DNA of 64,000 nt from Leptolyngbyaceae cyanobacterium (GTDB lineage Bacteria; Cyanobacteriota; Cyanobacteriia; Phormidesmidales; Phormidesmidaceae), in NCBI GenBank assembly GCA_965263355.1, contig CBDHHL010000056.1, positions 1,760,001 to 1,824,000 on the forward strand, written 5' to 3'. The translations under genes and the position numbers were made by a program. Positions within the stretch are counted from its first letter, which is position 1. Every line of letters begins with the position of its first letter. A model generated the notes under the pieces. That model searched no databases and was not told where the DNA came from. It saw nothing but the letters and a program-made list of their open reading frames with translations. This document shows positions 39,721 to 52,567 of the stretch, one piece after another.

Positions 39721-40194
39721 ATGACGGCTGAATTTTCTCTAAAACAGGCATCGCTGTATGACGCAGATTACCAACGATGGCTGGAACAAACGGTGTTGGA
39801 TTTGCGTAATGGCAACTTCCACAACCTGGATCTAGAAAACCTGATAGAGGAGATTGAAAGCTTGGGCAAGCGTGACCAACGGGCAATTGCCAGCTACCTT
39901 AGACGTCTATGGGAACACCTGCTCAAGAGCAAATATTGGCAAACAGAACGTTTAACCAGCTTCAGGGGATGGGACTTGGAAGTTAGCAACTTTCGCCTAA
40001 ATATCAATGCTCTGCTCAAAGATAGCCCCAGCCTCAAAAATCACTTGAGTGGAAATTTTGTATCTGAGTACAAAAATGCCCGTAAATTATTTCTCAAAGC
40101 CAGTAGGCTAGACCCAACAGTAGTCCCCCAGGAACCTGAGTTTACCCTGAATAAAGTTCTAGATGAAGACTGGCTACCCTGGCTACCTGAATAG
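39721..40194 (+). CDS. DUF29 domain protein
   Basis: LYD.DY..W, LDLENLIEEIESLG, L..HLLK, DSPSLK. Confidence 0.92.
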   Translation: MTAEFSLKQASLYDADYQRWLEQTVLDLRNGNFHNLDLENLIEEIESLGKRDQRAIASYLRRLWEHLLKSKYWQTERLTSFRGWDLEVSNFRLNINALLKDSPSLKNHLSGNFVSEYKNARKLFLKASRLDPTVVPQEPEFTLNKVLDEDWLPWLPE

Positions 40195-40208
40195 TTTGGC
40201 AAACAACA

Positions 40209-40244
40209 ATAAAAGGCGAACAGCCTACACTGCTCGCCTTTTAT
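40209..40244. terminator. Bidirectional rho-independent terminator (groEL / DUF29)
   Basis: ATAAAAGGCGA...TCGCCTTTTAT stem with A and T tails. Confidence 0.7.
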
Positions 40245-40271
40245 AACTAACAAGTCACAGACCCATTAGGA

Positions 40272-41906
<1,635 letters not shown>

Positions 41907-41974
41907 TCAACCTATGTTTCAGAACGTTTTAGAAGGGGGTGAAGTTACAAGAAGCGCGCTTCTTAAAATTCGTG

Positions 41975-42286
41975 CTAGCCAACGACTGCCAAGATATCCT
42001 TCTCAGACAGCAATACGTAATCGTCTCCACCTAGCTTGATATCAGTGCCTGCGTACTTGGAGTAAAGAACCTGATTGCCAACTTCAACATCAGGAGCTTG
42101 ACGGCTGCCGTCATCGCCACGCTTACCAGGACCCACAGCTGTAATTTCGCCAACCTGGGGCTTTTCCTTAGCTGTATCGGGTAGCAAAATACCGCCAGCG
42201 GTCTTTTCCTCAGATGCACTGACTTTGATAAGAACGCGATCACCTAGGGGAGTGACGCTTGAAACACTCAAAGAAATAGCTGCCAT
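41975..42286 (-). CDS. groES: Co-chaperonin GroES
   Basis: [29 protein letters not shown]. Confidence 0.99.
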   Translation of the reverse strand: MAAISLSVSSVTPLGDRVLIKVSASEEKTAGGILLPDTAKEKPQVGEITAVGPGKRGDDGSRQAPDVEVGNQVLYSKYAGTDIKLGGDDYVLLSEKDILAVVG

Positions 42287-42333
42287 ATATTTTCTCCAGA
42301 CATTTGACTGACCATGCTGAACCTAAACACGGT

Positions 42334-42360
42334 TTAGCACTCTCCATTGTCGAGTGCTAA
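42334..42360. promoter_or_regulatory. CIRCE element (HrcA operator)
   Basis: Perfect TTAGCACTC-N9-GAGTGCTAA upstream of groES. Confidence 0.97.
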
Positions 42361-42399
42361 TTTATCGCCTGAAGTGCTGAGATCGCAACACATCTAGAA

Positions 42400-42415
42400 G
42401 TACGGGTTCCCGAAC
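42400..42415 (-). promoter_or_regulatory. K-box of the cyanobacterial groESL promoter
   Basis: Minus strand GTTCGG-GAAC-CCGTAC fits the consensus GTTCGG-NNAN-CCNNAC, 40 bp upstream of CIRCE. Confidence 0.85.
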
Positions 42416-42593
42416 TCAAGCAATAACCACACTATGAGAGGAGCTTTACGATTTCAACATAGTTATCTTTATCTCTGCTTCAGGTTAGATTAAAAAATCC
42501 TCGTATTATTTATATAGTGGGTGCCATCTGTAATTCTTGATACACGTTTGCCTAGTGCATATGCTGACACATTGTCTAGCAATTGCTAACTTC

Positions 42594-44024
42594 ATGACTT
42601 TCAAATTTTCTAACTTGCTTTTGCAGACTGCCCCACTATGGATACTTGGCCTTCAAGCAGCAGCCGTTGCTCAAGTTTCCTTACCATCAGATACATCAGT
42701 TTTAGTATCAACTAATATCCAACCGGCAACGTCCGATACAAGTGTTGTTCAGGGAACAGATCAGGTTAATATTCTGGGCGGTCAACTGTCCTCTGGAGCT
42801 GATCCAAATTTAATCCATCAGTTTCAGAATTTTGACTTGAATGCAGATGATATAGCTAACTTTATAGTTAACCCTGATATTGCTAATGTCATCAGTCTAA
42901 TTAATAGCGCTGATGTTTCCACGATTGATGGTGTCCTTAAAATAACCAGCAGTAATCCAGATCTGGGTAGTAACGCTAACCTTATTTTGGTTAATCCCTC
43001 AGGTATTATTTTTGGTCCAAATGCAACGCTCAGTTTACCAGCTGATCTAACTGCTACAACCAGTTCAGGGCTGCTATTTCAGGATAAGTATTTACTATCT
43101 ATAGATGGATCAGTTAGTGAAATAGCTCTACCCCCTAGCGGTGCGGCCAGCCTACCGTCAACCACCACGGCTACACACACAATTAATAACCTGATTGGTA
43201 CTCCTAATGGCTATCTTCTATTAACAACAACGACTGACTCAACCAACTTAGACCCGTTTTCTCCAACGTTGCCTCCAGGTAGTATCGAAAACCAAGGCAA
43301 ATTAGAAGTAGAGCCTCAATCATCCATTACATTAGTTGGCCAATATGTTCAAAATGACGGCACCCTTGTAGCTGCAGGTGGCGACATTAATCTAGTTGCC
43401 GCCGTCGGCGAAAACCTATTGCGACTGAGCCAACCAAATAGTTTACTTGCATTGGATATTATTCCAGTTGAGTCTGTTTCAGTTCCCTCCCTCGCTGCTG
43501 AAAAATCCGCTGCTGCATTAGCCACCACAGATTTAGCGCTATTGCTTACAGGTGGCAATGAGCAAAGTGCTACTCACATCGAAATCAATGCTGATGGTAC
43601 TCAATCTCTGACTAGCGGCCCTCCACCACTGACTCCTGCTCCAGGATCAGTATTAGTGCGAGGAACATTGGATGTTTCTGACAATGCTCTTCCAGGACAA
43701 TCTCTTAACTCTCCAGGACAAGTCACTATTCTGGGAGAGCAAATAAATCTGGTGGGTGGAGAAGTCTATGCTGATGCAATTGGTCAGGCAGGCACCATAT
43801 CTATTGGTGGCATGCCCGTTGTTGATAGTTTCAGCGCTACCCATGTTATTACCGATCGCACCTCTAAACTTTCTGCCAGTTCTTCAGACGAGCAAGGTGG
43901 TGTTATCGATATATGGGCAGATGACAGCGTATGGTTTTATGGTGACGCGATCGCAACCGGAGGATCATCTGATTTAGAGGGAACTATTTCCATTGATGCC
44001 GGGAACCTAGTCGATATCCGCTAG
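42594..44024 (+). CDS. Filamentous haemagglutinin N-terminal (TPS) domain protein, short
   Basis: Signal peptide ...AVA|Q, NL.HQF..F, S.IDG.L, NL.LVNPSGIIFG.NA.L, beta-helix repeats. Confidence 0.85.
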   Translation: MTFKFSNLLLQTAPLWILGLQAAAVAQVSLPSDTSVLVSTNIQPATSDTSVVQGTDQVNILGGQLSSGADPNLIHQFQNFDLNADDIANFIVNPDIANVISLINSADVSTIDGVLKITSSNPDLGSNANLILVNPSGIIFGPNATLSLPADLTATTSSGLLFQDKYLLSIDGSVSEIALPPSGAASLPSTTTATHTINNLIGTPNGYLLLTTTTDSTNLDPFSPTLPPGSIENQGKLEVEPQSSITLVGQYVQNDGTLVAAGGDINLVAAVGENLLRLSQPNSLLALDIIPVESVSVPSLAAEKSAAALATTDLALLLTGGNEQSATHIEINADGTQSLTSGPPPLTPAPGSVLVRGTLDVSDNALPGQSLNSPGQVTILGEQINLVGGEVYADAIGQAGTISIGGMPVVDSFSATHVITDRTSKLSASSSDEQGGVIDIWADDSVWFYGDAIATGGSSDLEGTISIDAGNLVDIR

Positions 44025-44352
44025 CCTGGTGCAGCGTCGGATCTAAACATATACCCAATACCCACAAATAGAGGAAGGTTCAGAGGCAATAGGAGTTGTT
44101 CAAAACTCAACATCAGGACGGAGAAACCTCTAGCTGAAAATGTTGAAACGTTCTTCACCAGAGTCACCTAACCTTTGTATTGATGCTTGCACTAGGAAAG
44201 CCATCATATATGCTAGTCGCAATACAAAAGGACTCTGACTATAGCAAATGCAAGTGACATGGGTGATACATCTAGTGATAATCTGTTACATGGCACTTTG
44301 AAAGTAAAAATAAAATTAAAAGTCGCCGCAGTAGCTAATACCCTTAGGATAA

Positions 44353-45816
<1,464 letters not shown>

Positions 45817-45829
45817 GCAGATGCTGATC

Positions 45830-45902
45830 TAAACCACGTCCGAGTTGAAACCTGTGGTTTCTTCTACAGCAAAACTTTAGTTCTGGACGTAGACAAGGTT
45901 TA
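45830..45902 (+). mobile_element. MITE-like element, copy 2 (73 bp)
   Basis: TAAACCACGTCCGAGTTGAAACCT...TTCTTCTACAG...GTTCTGGACGTAGACAAGGTTTA aligns to the reverse complement of 39093-39164. Confidence 0.7.
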
Positions 45903-45927
45903 TTTGGCACAGATTACTGACAGCTTT

Positions 45928-46058
45928 GTGAGTGGTGAGTGGCGAGTTTGCCCTGAGCTTGTCGAAGGGTAGTGATGAGTTTAGCAAGTTAGATCTTGTT
46001 CCACTGAAAAATATTTCAGGTATTACTACTACTCACTACTCACTATTCACTATTCACC
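45928..46058. repeat. Inverted heptamer (STRR-like) arrays flanking a CCCTGAGCTTGTCGAAGGG palindromic unit
   Basis: GTGAGTG x~3 at 45928-45947; CCCTGAGCTTGTCGAAGGG at 45951-45969; (AYTCACY)x4 at 46031-46058. Confidence 0.7.
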
Positions 46059-46075
46059 TTTACTTCTTGAGTGTT

Positions 46076-46483
46076 ATGTCATTAGCAGTTCGTGTGGTAG
46101 CTCCCGACAAAACTATTTGGGATGCTGAGGCAGAAGAAGTTGTGCTACCTAGCACGACTGGCCAATTAGGTATTTTAAGTGGTCATGCTCCATTGCTGAC
46201 GGCTTTAGATATTGGTGTGTTGCGAGTTCGCGCCGACAAAAATTGGGTTGCGATCGCACTTATGGGCGGCTTTGCCGAAGTGGAAAACAACGAAGTTACC
46301 ATTTTGGTAAATGGAGCTGAACGCGGCGATAGTATTGATTTATCCGCTGCCGAAGCCGAGTATACATCGGCTAAATCAGAGTCCGAAAGCGTTGCTTCAG
46401 ATGATAAGCAAGCCGTTATCCAAGCTAGCAAGGCTTTAAAGAAAGCCCGTGCTCGTGTCCAAGCAGCAGGTGGCAGTATCTAG
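46076..46483 (+). CDS. atpC: F1Fo ATP synthase epsilon subunit
   Basis: LPSTTGQLGIL.GHAPL, ALMGGFAEV; ATG at 46076. Confidence 0.97.
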   Translation: MSLAVRVVAPDKTIWDAEAEEVVLPSTTGQLGILSGHAPLLTALDIGVLRVRADKNWVAIALMGGFAEVENNEVTILVNGAERGDSIDLSAAEAEYTSAKSESESVASDDKQAVIQASKALKKARARVQAAGGSI

Positions 46484-46590
46484 ATCGACACTGCGAGATA
46501 TCTTTAGGGGCTGTGCCTTTTGCCAGCCCTGGCATATCGGGGGCTAGCAATCAAAATTTTGTACTAGTAGAAGATGTGAAAGAAATTAGC

Positions 46591-46627
46591 AAAAGCCTGC
46601 CATTCCCTAAGGGAATGGCAGGCTTTT
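46591..46627. terminator. Bidirectional terminator between atpC and PSRP-3
   Basis: AAAAGCCTGCCATTCCC-TAA-GGGAATGGCAGGCTTTT. Confidence 0.85.
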
Positions 46628-46651
46628 ATCTTTCAATTAAGTTTACTTAAA

Positions 46652-46951
46652 TCATGAACTACCAGTAAACGCTACATTTGGGAATTTCTCAGCTGCTTTT
46701 TGCATAGGCTGAGTTTTCCCACCCTCTTGCCAATAATTAATAATTTCAGTGGCCTGGTTTAAGAGATCAATGCGCTCTTCCTCAATAATCCAGGTCTTGG
46801 ACTCAAGCTCTGTCTTCATCTGATCCCAAGCATCATTACGGGGCCAGAAAAAGTAAGAGGTCAGCGGACTCGATCCCTTGCCCACTACTTGATCCACGGC
46901 GAGAGCCACATCTTTGTCGAGCCAGAGAACCTTTAAGATAAATCGAGACAA
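46652..46951 (-). CDS. ycf65: 30S ribosomal protein PSRP-3 / Ycf65
   Basis: FILKVLWL...VALAVDQ..G...SPLT.YFFWPR.DAW; probable TTG start at 46951 with GGAGG RBS. Confidence 0.93.
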   Translation of the reverse strand: MSRFILKVLWLDKDVALAVDQVVGKGSSPLTSYFFWPRNDAWDQMKTELESKTWIIEEERIDLLNQATEIINYWQEGGKTQPMQKAAEKFPNVAFTGSS

Positions 46952-47222
46952 TGCAAACCTCCGCTGTACGCCTCTTGGCTTCAAAACTACACGGTCTATA
47001 ATTTTAGCGTATTCGTCACCGTAAAAGCATCGAAACTTTTAACCTTTCCCACATCCAAATATCCAGTCCTATTGCCCTAGCTATATTTGATAACGATTAA
47101 TCAATTTCCAGAAACCCACCATTTTAACGACACAGTCTGTAACACTAGCTACCGATTGAATGGTAGGTTAGGCAACAGTCATTAACCCGCTATTCAAAGC
47201 GATTTCAGTAAGTATAAGATTC

Positions 47223-48746
47223 ATGAATCTATTGCCGTTTTTAATCGCACTGCCTGCCATTGCGCCCTTTTCTTTATCTTCGACGCTAGAGCCTCAAGGC
47301 ACGCAATTTTTAGCTTCAGCTATGGCATCCTCGACAATAGATTCCCACCGCAATAGACTAATTACCCAAAATATTGGTCAAGCAATTATTCCACAAATTC
47401 AAGAAGTGCGTCCGCTCCCAGGGAGCCTGGATAATGTTCCTGTATTTAACAGCAATAGCCCTGAGCTAATTGAATCTGAAGGTATTCTCCTATCGACATT
47501 CCCCCCTCATGCTAAGGCCACACCGTCAGCCCATTTAGACTATGCATTTGAGGGGCGGTTTGATATCTTTGACCATCATGTTGTCAGGGCCAAAGACGAC
47601 AATGATACTCGTACTCGGTACCTTGGGATTATCGTCCACAACCCTAGCCGTAGGCCAGTTAACCTGAGATTTCGTGAAGCTGCGAGCTATCTAAGTCAAG
47701 AAGCTCCTTGGCACGGTCGTAATGATGTGGAATTTAACTTAGCAAGTACTCAATTCTCAGGACCAGGCAGTCGTCTTATGAACGAAATCCTGAGAGATCG
47801 TCGTCAGTCGTTTTGGCCCAACGACATTACGATTCCTCCTCGGACAAGCTATCTGCTGATGAACTCACCATTGCCGGTGCGTCGGTTGTCTGTAGCAACT
47901 GACGGTAGTCTGATAGCGGGCAGTGAACTATTACCGCCACTACCTAGCAACCTCGGTGGAAATCGCAGCAATGCTCGCTCTACCCTCATGCGTTTGTCGA
48001 GTGATGGTCCCTTATATGTGGCTAGCTTGACCATGCTTGCGCCATTGACAGATAGTGGCGGTGAACGAGTGCCCAGCTTAGAAGAATGGCTACAAATTTT
48101 ATTTGATGGCAACCTTGTAACCCCTCGGGACTTAACGCCTACTCCCCCCGATCGCCAAGCTAATCCGTTTATCTATGGTCGTGTAGCAGGGGTCAGTCAA
48201 GGCTCGCGTTGGCAGGCTCGTCTCACTGATCGCCGCTCGTCCCAGCTAGCAATTCCTGCTATGGGGGAGCAGATTTCCTATGTCATTAGCACTGTTGATC
48301 ACAACACATTTGGAACCGAGCAAATTCAAAGTGCTCCTATGCTCAGACGCTATAGCGATACCGCTTATCGCGCCCACGGCAACTATGGAACTGAATACGA
48401 CCTAACGCTACCGTTACACAACCCAACTAATCAATCACAAACAGTTGGCTTATCGATACAGACCCCCCTCCAGAACGAAATGATGAAAAATGCATTGACC
48501 TTCTTAACACCCCATGATTCTCGCATCTTCTTTCGGGGCACTGTTCTATTTCTATATGCCAATGATCAGGGTGAACGTCGAGCTGATTACATTCATCTTG
48601 TTCAACGTCGGGGGCAAGTAGGCCCCCCTTTAATCAAGCTAATGCTTGCACCTGGCGAAGAACGGGTTGTAAACGTGCAGTTTCTGTACCCACCTGATGC
48701 TACTCCGCCTCAGGTACTGACCCTAACCACCTACGAACAAGACTAA
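47223..48746 (+). CDS. DUF3370 family exported protein
   Basis: VRPLPG.LD.VPVFNSNSPE....GILLSTFP, YGRVAGV..G, AHGNYG, YPPDATPPQVLT. Confidence 0.88.
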   Translation: MNLLPFLIALPAIAPFSLSSTLEPQGTQFLASAMASSTIDSHRNRLITQNIGQAIIPQIQEVRPLPGSLDNVPVFNSNSPELIESEGILLSTFPPHAKATPSAHLDYAFEGRFDIFDHHVVRAKDDNDTRTRYLGIIVHNPSRRPVNLRFREAASYLSQEAPWHGRNDVEFNLASTQFSGPGSRLMNEILRDRRQSFWPNDITIPPRTSYLLMNSPLPVRRLSVATDGSLIAGSELLPPLPSNLGGNRSNARSTLMRLSSDGPLYVASLTMLAPLTDSGGERVPSLEEWLQILFDGNLVTPRDLTPTPPDRQANPFIYGRVAGVSQGSRWQARLTDRRSSQLAIPAMGEQISYVISTVDHNTFGTEQIQSAPMLRRYSDTAYRAHGNYGTEYDLTLPLHNPTNQSQTVGLSIQTPLQNEMMKNALTFLTPHDSRIFFRGTVLFLYANDQGERRADYIHLVQRRGQVGPPLIKLMLAPGEERVVNVQFLYPPDATPPQVLTLTTYEQD

Positions 48747-48767
48747 ACCGAATAAGTTTGTTCCCGG

Positions 48768-49457
48768 TTACTTAGCAGGCTGAGGATAGTCGTAGGAGTG
48801 GGACGGACCACTATGACCATGGGCTATAGGATGATGGCTGATTTCTTCCTTTGACAGATCATGCTGGGGCATCAACGGTTGCACAGGAATATAGCGCGAT
48901 TCGTCATCAGCGGGTGGCACCTGATTTAACACAGACAAAATGTAGTCCCGATGAGGATGCTGTTCAAGCCATGCTCTGATCCTGAGGGCTTGGGCATAAT
49001 CTTCATCTCCCAGGGCGCTGCGATAGGTTTCCTCTAAAACTCGATTAAATTCTGCTTGACGAATCTGAGACTGCCAGGGCTCTGAAAAAACTAGATGAAC
49101 CTTATCGTGCATATTATGAGCCTTTAAAGTTTCCCACTCTCCTTTGTCAAACCAGTTACCACCACAATGGGAACACCGATCAAGATAAAACTCCAGCCCG
49201 TGACCAACTTTGGCACGACGCATCAAATGATTACATTCAGGACAGAAGGAGGCACGACGATTATCAGAAATCGCATCATTCAAATCTGCAGAGTTACATT
49301 GCTTGATTTTCCCACTACTGGGTTGCCACTCTAACCAATGCCAGTAGTCATAGGAGGAAACCCATTGACCTTCACAGGTTTCGCAGACATGGGCTGATAA
49401 GTTCTCATCTAATCGAGCGCGGTGTAAGGAAGATGTCTGACAGCAGGGGCAATGCAT
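48768..49457 (-). CDS. Tandem zinc-ribbon (zf-TFIIB-like) protein
   Basis: CPCC..C..C.G.W and CPEC...DRC..CGG.WFDKGEW. Confidence 0.8.
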   Translation of the reverse strand: MHCPCCQTSSLHRARLDENLSAHVCETCEGQWVSSYDYWHWLEWQPSSGKIKQCNSADLNDAISDNRRASFCPECNHLMRRAKVGHGLEFYLDRCSHCGGNWFDKGEWETLKAHNMHDKVHLVFSEPWQSQIRQAEFNRVLEETYRSALGDEDYAQALRIRAWLEQHPHRDYILSVLNQVPPADDESRYIPVQPLMPQHDLSKEEISHHPIAHGHSGPSHSYDYPQPAK

Positions 49458-50067
49458 AACAAAGGCCGATAAGAGGTTTTTGATGCGAGTTTGATGCAGG
49501 ATAGAATAACGCTTATCTGAAGGTAAGCAAAAGAGAAAAAAAAGCGTTTGAGAGTCTATGAAGCAGTCATCAAATAGACTGCGCTAGCTTCACTGTAATT
49601 GAATTATCTCAAAGTCGGCAAAACAATCAGCAATTTGCCATATTTTGATATGTAGCTAAGTTTTATGGCGAAAATGGGTAGCAGTCAAAACAGATAATTT
49701 ATTCGTATCTACTTACTTAGTCAAAATACTGTATGCGAATTTAAAGATGCCTCAAACCCATTATTTGATGGCATTTCAATATCTGGCCAGGCACTCCCAT
49801 TGAGACATTCATAACCTGATCAACCCCTAAAATTTTCTTTGTTTTTGGAAGTTTATGCCAACGTTAAGTTAACAGTTTTTAACTGTAAAAATGTTGATTA
49901 ATATATAGAAAGCATTTTTGAAGAAGCCTAAATAGTTGTCATCAAGACACCATAAACGATCGGACTTAAGTACACTTAAGCCATAACAAAATAAGGATAA
50001 ATAGAGTTTTTTCCTTAAACCGAAGAAATTAGCAAAACGTACGGAATATCTCCTATTTGGCACAGTC

Positions 50068-51093
50068 CTAGGAAGATAACCAACTTAAAATAGGACTAGT
50101 AGATTGAACAATATTCATGCCAGCTGTTGCAAATCGTTGGTAAGCCTGCTCAGCTACCTCTGTAAAGTCGACCACTTCAGGGACAACGACAGGTGAACTA
50201 CAGTCTTCGAGCAAATAAATTTTTTGGGCTAGTGTAGCGTCCATTTGTTTGATTTCACTGAGCAAATCATCAATAGTCCAGGCAACACAGTGACTTTTGG
50301 CTTGCCCTGCGATCGCAATTGCATCAAAGGCTAACAAATGCTGGATCAGTGCCTGATTTTTTTGTGCTACTGGTTGGCCATCGGGATTGTCTAATACTTC
50401 TGGGCGCAATACCGAATAATTTTCAGTTAGCGGATTACTGCCCTTAAGTTCAAACCTTGTCTGACATTGACGTGCCAAATTATGGAAAAAGCAAGCCTCT
50501 TCAAACGCTGACACTAAGCTGTGACCAATCCCTCCCAACATTGAGTGATAAGGCCATACCGTCAGAGGATATTTACCATCATCGCTAAGTCGTTTCACAT
50601 AGTGCAAGACAAACGCCTCTAGCTGCTCTAAAGGCACCCCTAGGCTAGGAACAATGGCTGGATTTACCCGCCATCGCCCATCACGAACATCGTCTAATGC
50701 CACCATGGTCATGGGTGCAGGCATTTGGCCATCGACATCGACCCAAAAAGCCGCATGAAAAATTTGCATCGCCCGATGGGTATCCATGGTGGGCACAATT
50801 TCTGTGATGTGGCCCAAATTACGATAGATAAACTCACATAGACGCCTGGTATCATCCACGGCACCTTGACCTGAAGTCCCTCCCACAAAAAGCTCAAACC
50901 CAGGAATGCAAAAGGTATTTTGAACATCAATCGCCAACAAACATAACCGTGGACTATCCTTATCAGCCGATTGAAGAGCCTGTTGTTTAGCCCAAGCTTG
51001 GGCTTGAACGGCCCGTTCCTCGTAAGGCACACGCCATACCTCACCAACGCGGTCGGCAGCAAAAAACTCAGGAATTGGTAAGGAAGAGGACAT
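50068..51093 (-). CDS. Isochorismatase/nicotinamidase-like cysteine hydrolase
   Basis: IDVQNTFC, TMDTH, WPYH, KG.NPLTENYS, AGQAKSHCV. Confidence 0.88.
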   Translation of the reverse strand: MSSSLPIPEFFAADRVGEVWRVPYEERAVQAQAWAKQQALQSADKDSPRLCLLAIDVQNTFCIPGFELFVGGTSGQGAVDDTRRLCEFIYRNLGHITEIVPTMDTHRAMQIFHAAFWVDVDGQMPAPMTMVALDDVRDGRWRVNPAIVPSLGVPLEQLEAFVLHYVKRLSDDGKYPLTVWPYHSMLGGIGHSLVSAFEEACFFHNLARQCQTRFELKGSNPLTENYSVLRPEVLDNPDGQPVAQKNQALIQHLLAFDAIAIAGQAKSHCVAWTIDDLLSEIKQMDATLAQKIYLLEDCSSPVVVPEVVDFTEVAEQAYQRFATAGMNIVQSTSPILSWLSS

Positions 51094-51125
51094 AAGCTGA
51101 TCTCCAGCGTAGTTTTCTTAGACGT

Positions 51126-51358
51126 TTAGGCCTTTGGCATAGCCCCATAACCTCCACATGGATTGGGATACGCTGATAGTAACGCTTAAACGCATCAGTG
51201 TAAGTACCGCCATGGATTAGCACATCAGCCACCGCCACCGTCAGATTGTGTCATCGGTAAAGATGCTTTGGGCTGTAAATAAGGGAAAGTTTTTTTGTCT
51301 TAAGACCTGCAAATTCATAGGCTGAGCCGATGAGATCGCCTGTAATTGCACCAAGCAT
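51126..51358 (-). pseudogene. ADP-ribosylglycohydrolase (DraG/ARH family) N-terminal remnant with frameshifts
   Basis: Across three frameshifts: MLGAITGDLIGSAYEF...K / NFPLFTAQSIFTDDTI / LTVAVADVL...Y...FKRYYQR / YPNP.GGYG, then stop. Confidence 0.8.
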
Positions 51359-51555
51359 ATAAGGTAAAAAACGAAACTTTCGTAAAAAACTCCTCAAATT
51401 AGATATTTTTCAAGCCCTTGATGAAAAAGAAACCCAGCTTGCTTACCGCGCAGCCCAGCCTTATCAGTTTGACCAGGCAAAATACACAGAGCGTGCACAA
51501 ATAGACTTCAATTTTGAGTTGTAAGGTTTAATCAGTAAGGACGTCAAAAAAATTT

Positions 51556-52503
51556 CTAGCCCAATAAAGAATAAATATTTCCGTCAATCAATAAATGAGT
51601 AATCCCTTTTGCCTGTAGATAGGATGCTGTCTTGGTAATCAGTTGACCATCAGGTACTTTAATGACCCGTTGATTACGACGCGAAAATCGTCGCGCCACA
51701 CGATGATCGTCAAATATCGGCAGGGTCAATGCTGACTCTTGCTGTATAGGAATTTCACCCAGATCGCCAAAATCTTTGAGGGGATGGGTAATCAGTTCTG
51801 ATAAGCGGTCTACAACCAGATAGCAGGTACGGGGAAATACTGCATCCGATATGGGCATAATTTCGACGACTGCCCCTAACAATCCGGTCTCACTTGAAGC
51901 CCCAAACTCATCATCATCAAACTCGTCATCAAGGTCACTGTCAAGTTCGCTATCTAAATCGTCATCAAGATCATCTAAATCCTCATCTAAATCTAAATCC
52001 TCATCCTCATCCTCAATATCATCCTGATGCCGAGTACTGGAACCCTTTAAAAGTTCCGTAGCTACAGCCAATACATCATCGTCACCTTGAGATAATGGCC
52101 CGTTCTCTTGTTTTGCTATCGTATCGTCAGTAGCCAGCAGTTCTAACTGTCCTTCTTCATCGACCTGGGAAAGCTCTGATGCGACAGATGGAGCAGCACC
52201 TGCACCAGAACGTTTGCGAGCACGACGGATTGGTTTTTCGGGCTTAGGTGTCTCATCTACTTCAAGCTCAGCAGCCTCAGCAATCAATGGTGCTGGCACT
52301 ACTAGCTTCTCAGATGAAGCCGAACGTTTCTGGGCAATCAGTGCCCGATATTCCTCTTCAGGCAATTGCGTCTTAAGAATGCGACTAATGGTACTAGTAC
52401 TGACGCCATAGTGCTTGGCAATGGTAGATGTAGTTTCTCCAGGCTGCCGATACATCTCGATTACATCGCGCTTATCGGCGTCAGATAGTTTTCGCGGTGC
52501 CAT
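51556..52503 (-). CDS. Conserved cyanobacterial HTH protein with long acidic linker
   Basis: N-terminal HTH RKLS...K......YR...ET.STIA..YGVS.STISRILK; D/E tract; C-domain CYLVVDR..EL...PL..F, TLP.F..HR.A.RFS. Confidence 0.8.
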   Translation of the reverse strand: MAPRKLSDADKRDVIEMYRQPGETTSTIAKHYGVSTSTISRILKTQLPEEEYRALIAQKRSASSEKLVVPAPLIAEAAELEVDETPKPEKPIRRARKRSGAGAAPSVASELSQVDEEGQLELLATDDTIAKQENGPLSQGDDDVLAVATELLKGSSTRHQDDIEDEDEDLDLDEDLDDLDDDLDSELDSDLDDEFDDDEFGASSETGLLGAVVEIMPISDAVFPRTCYLVVDRLSELITHPLKDFGDLGEIPIQQESALTLPIFDDHRVARRFSRRNQRVIKVPDGQLITKTASYLQAKGITHLLIDGNIYSLLG

Positions 52504-52567
52504 GCTAGCAACAGCCCCAAAGGGTAGATTAAAACGTCTCTCTAGTATGCCAGGTTTATGCCTATTG

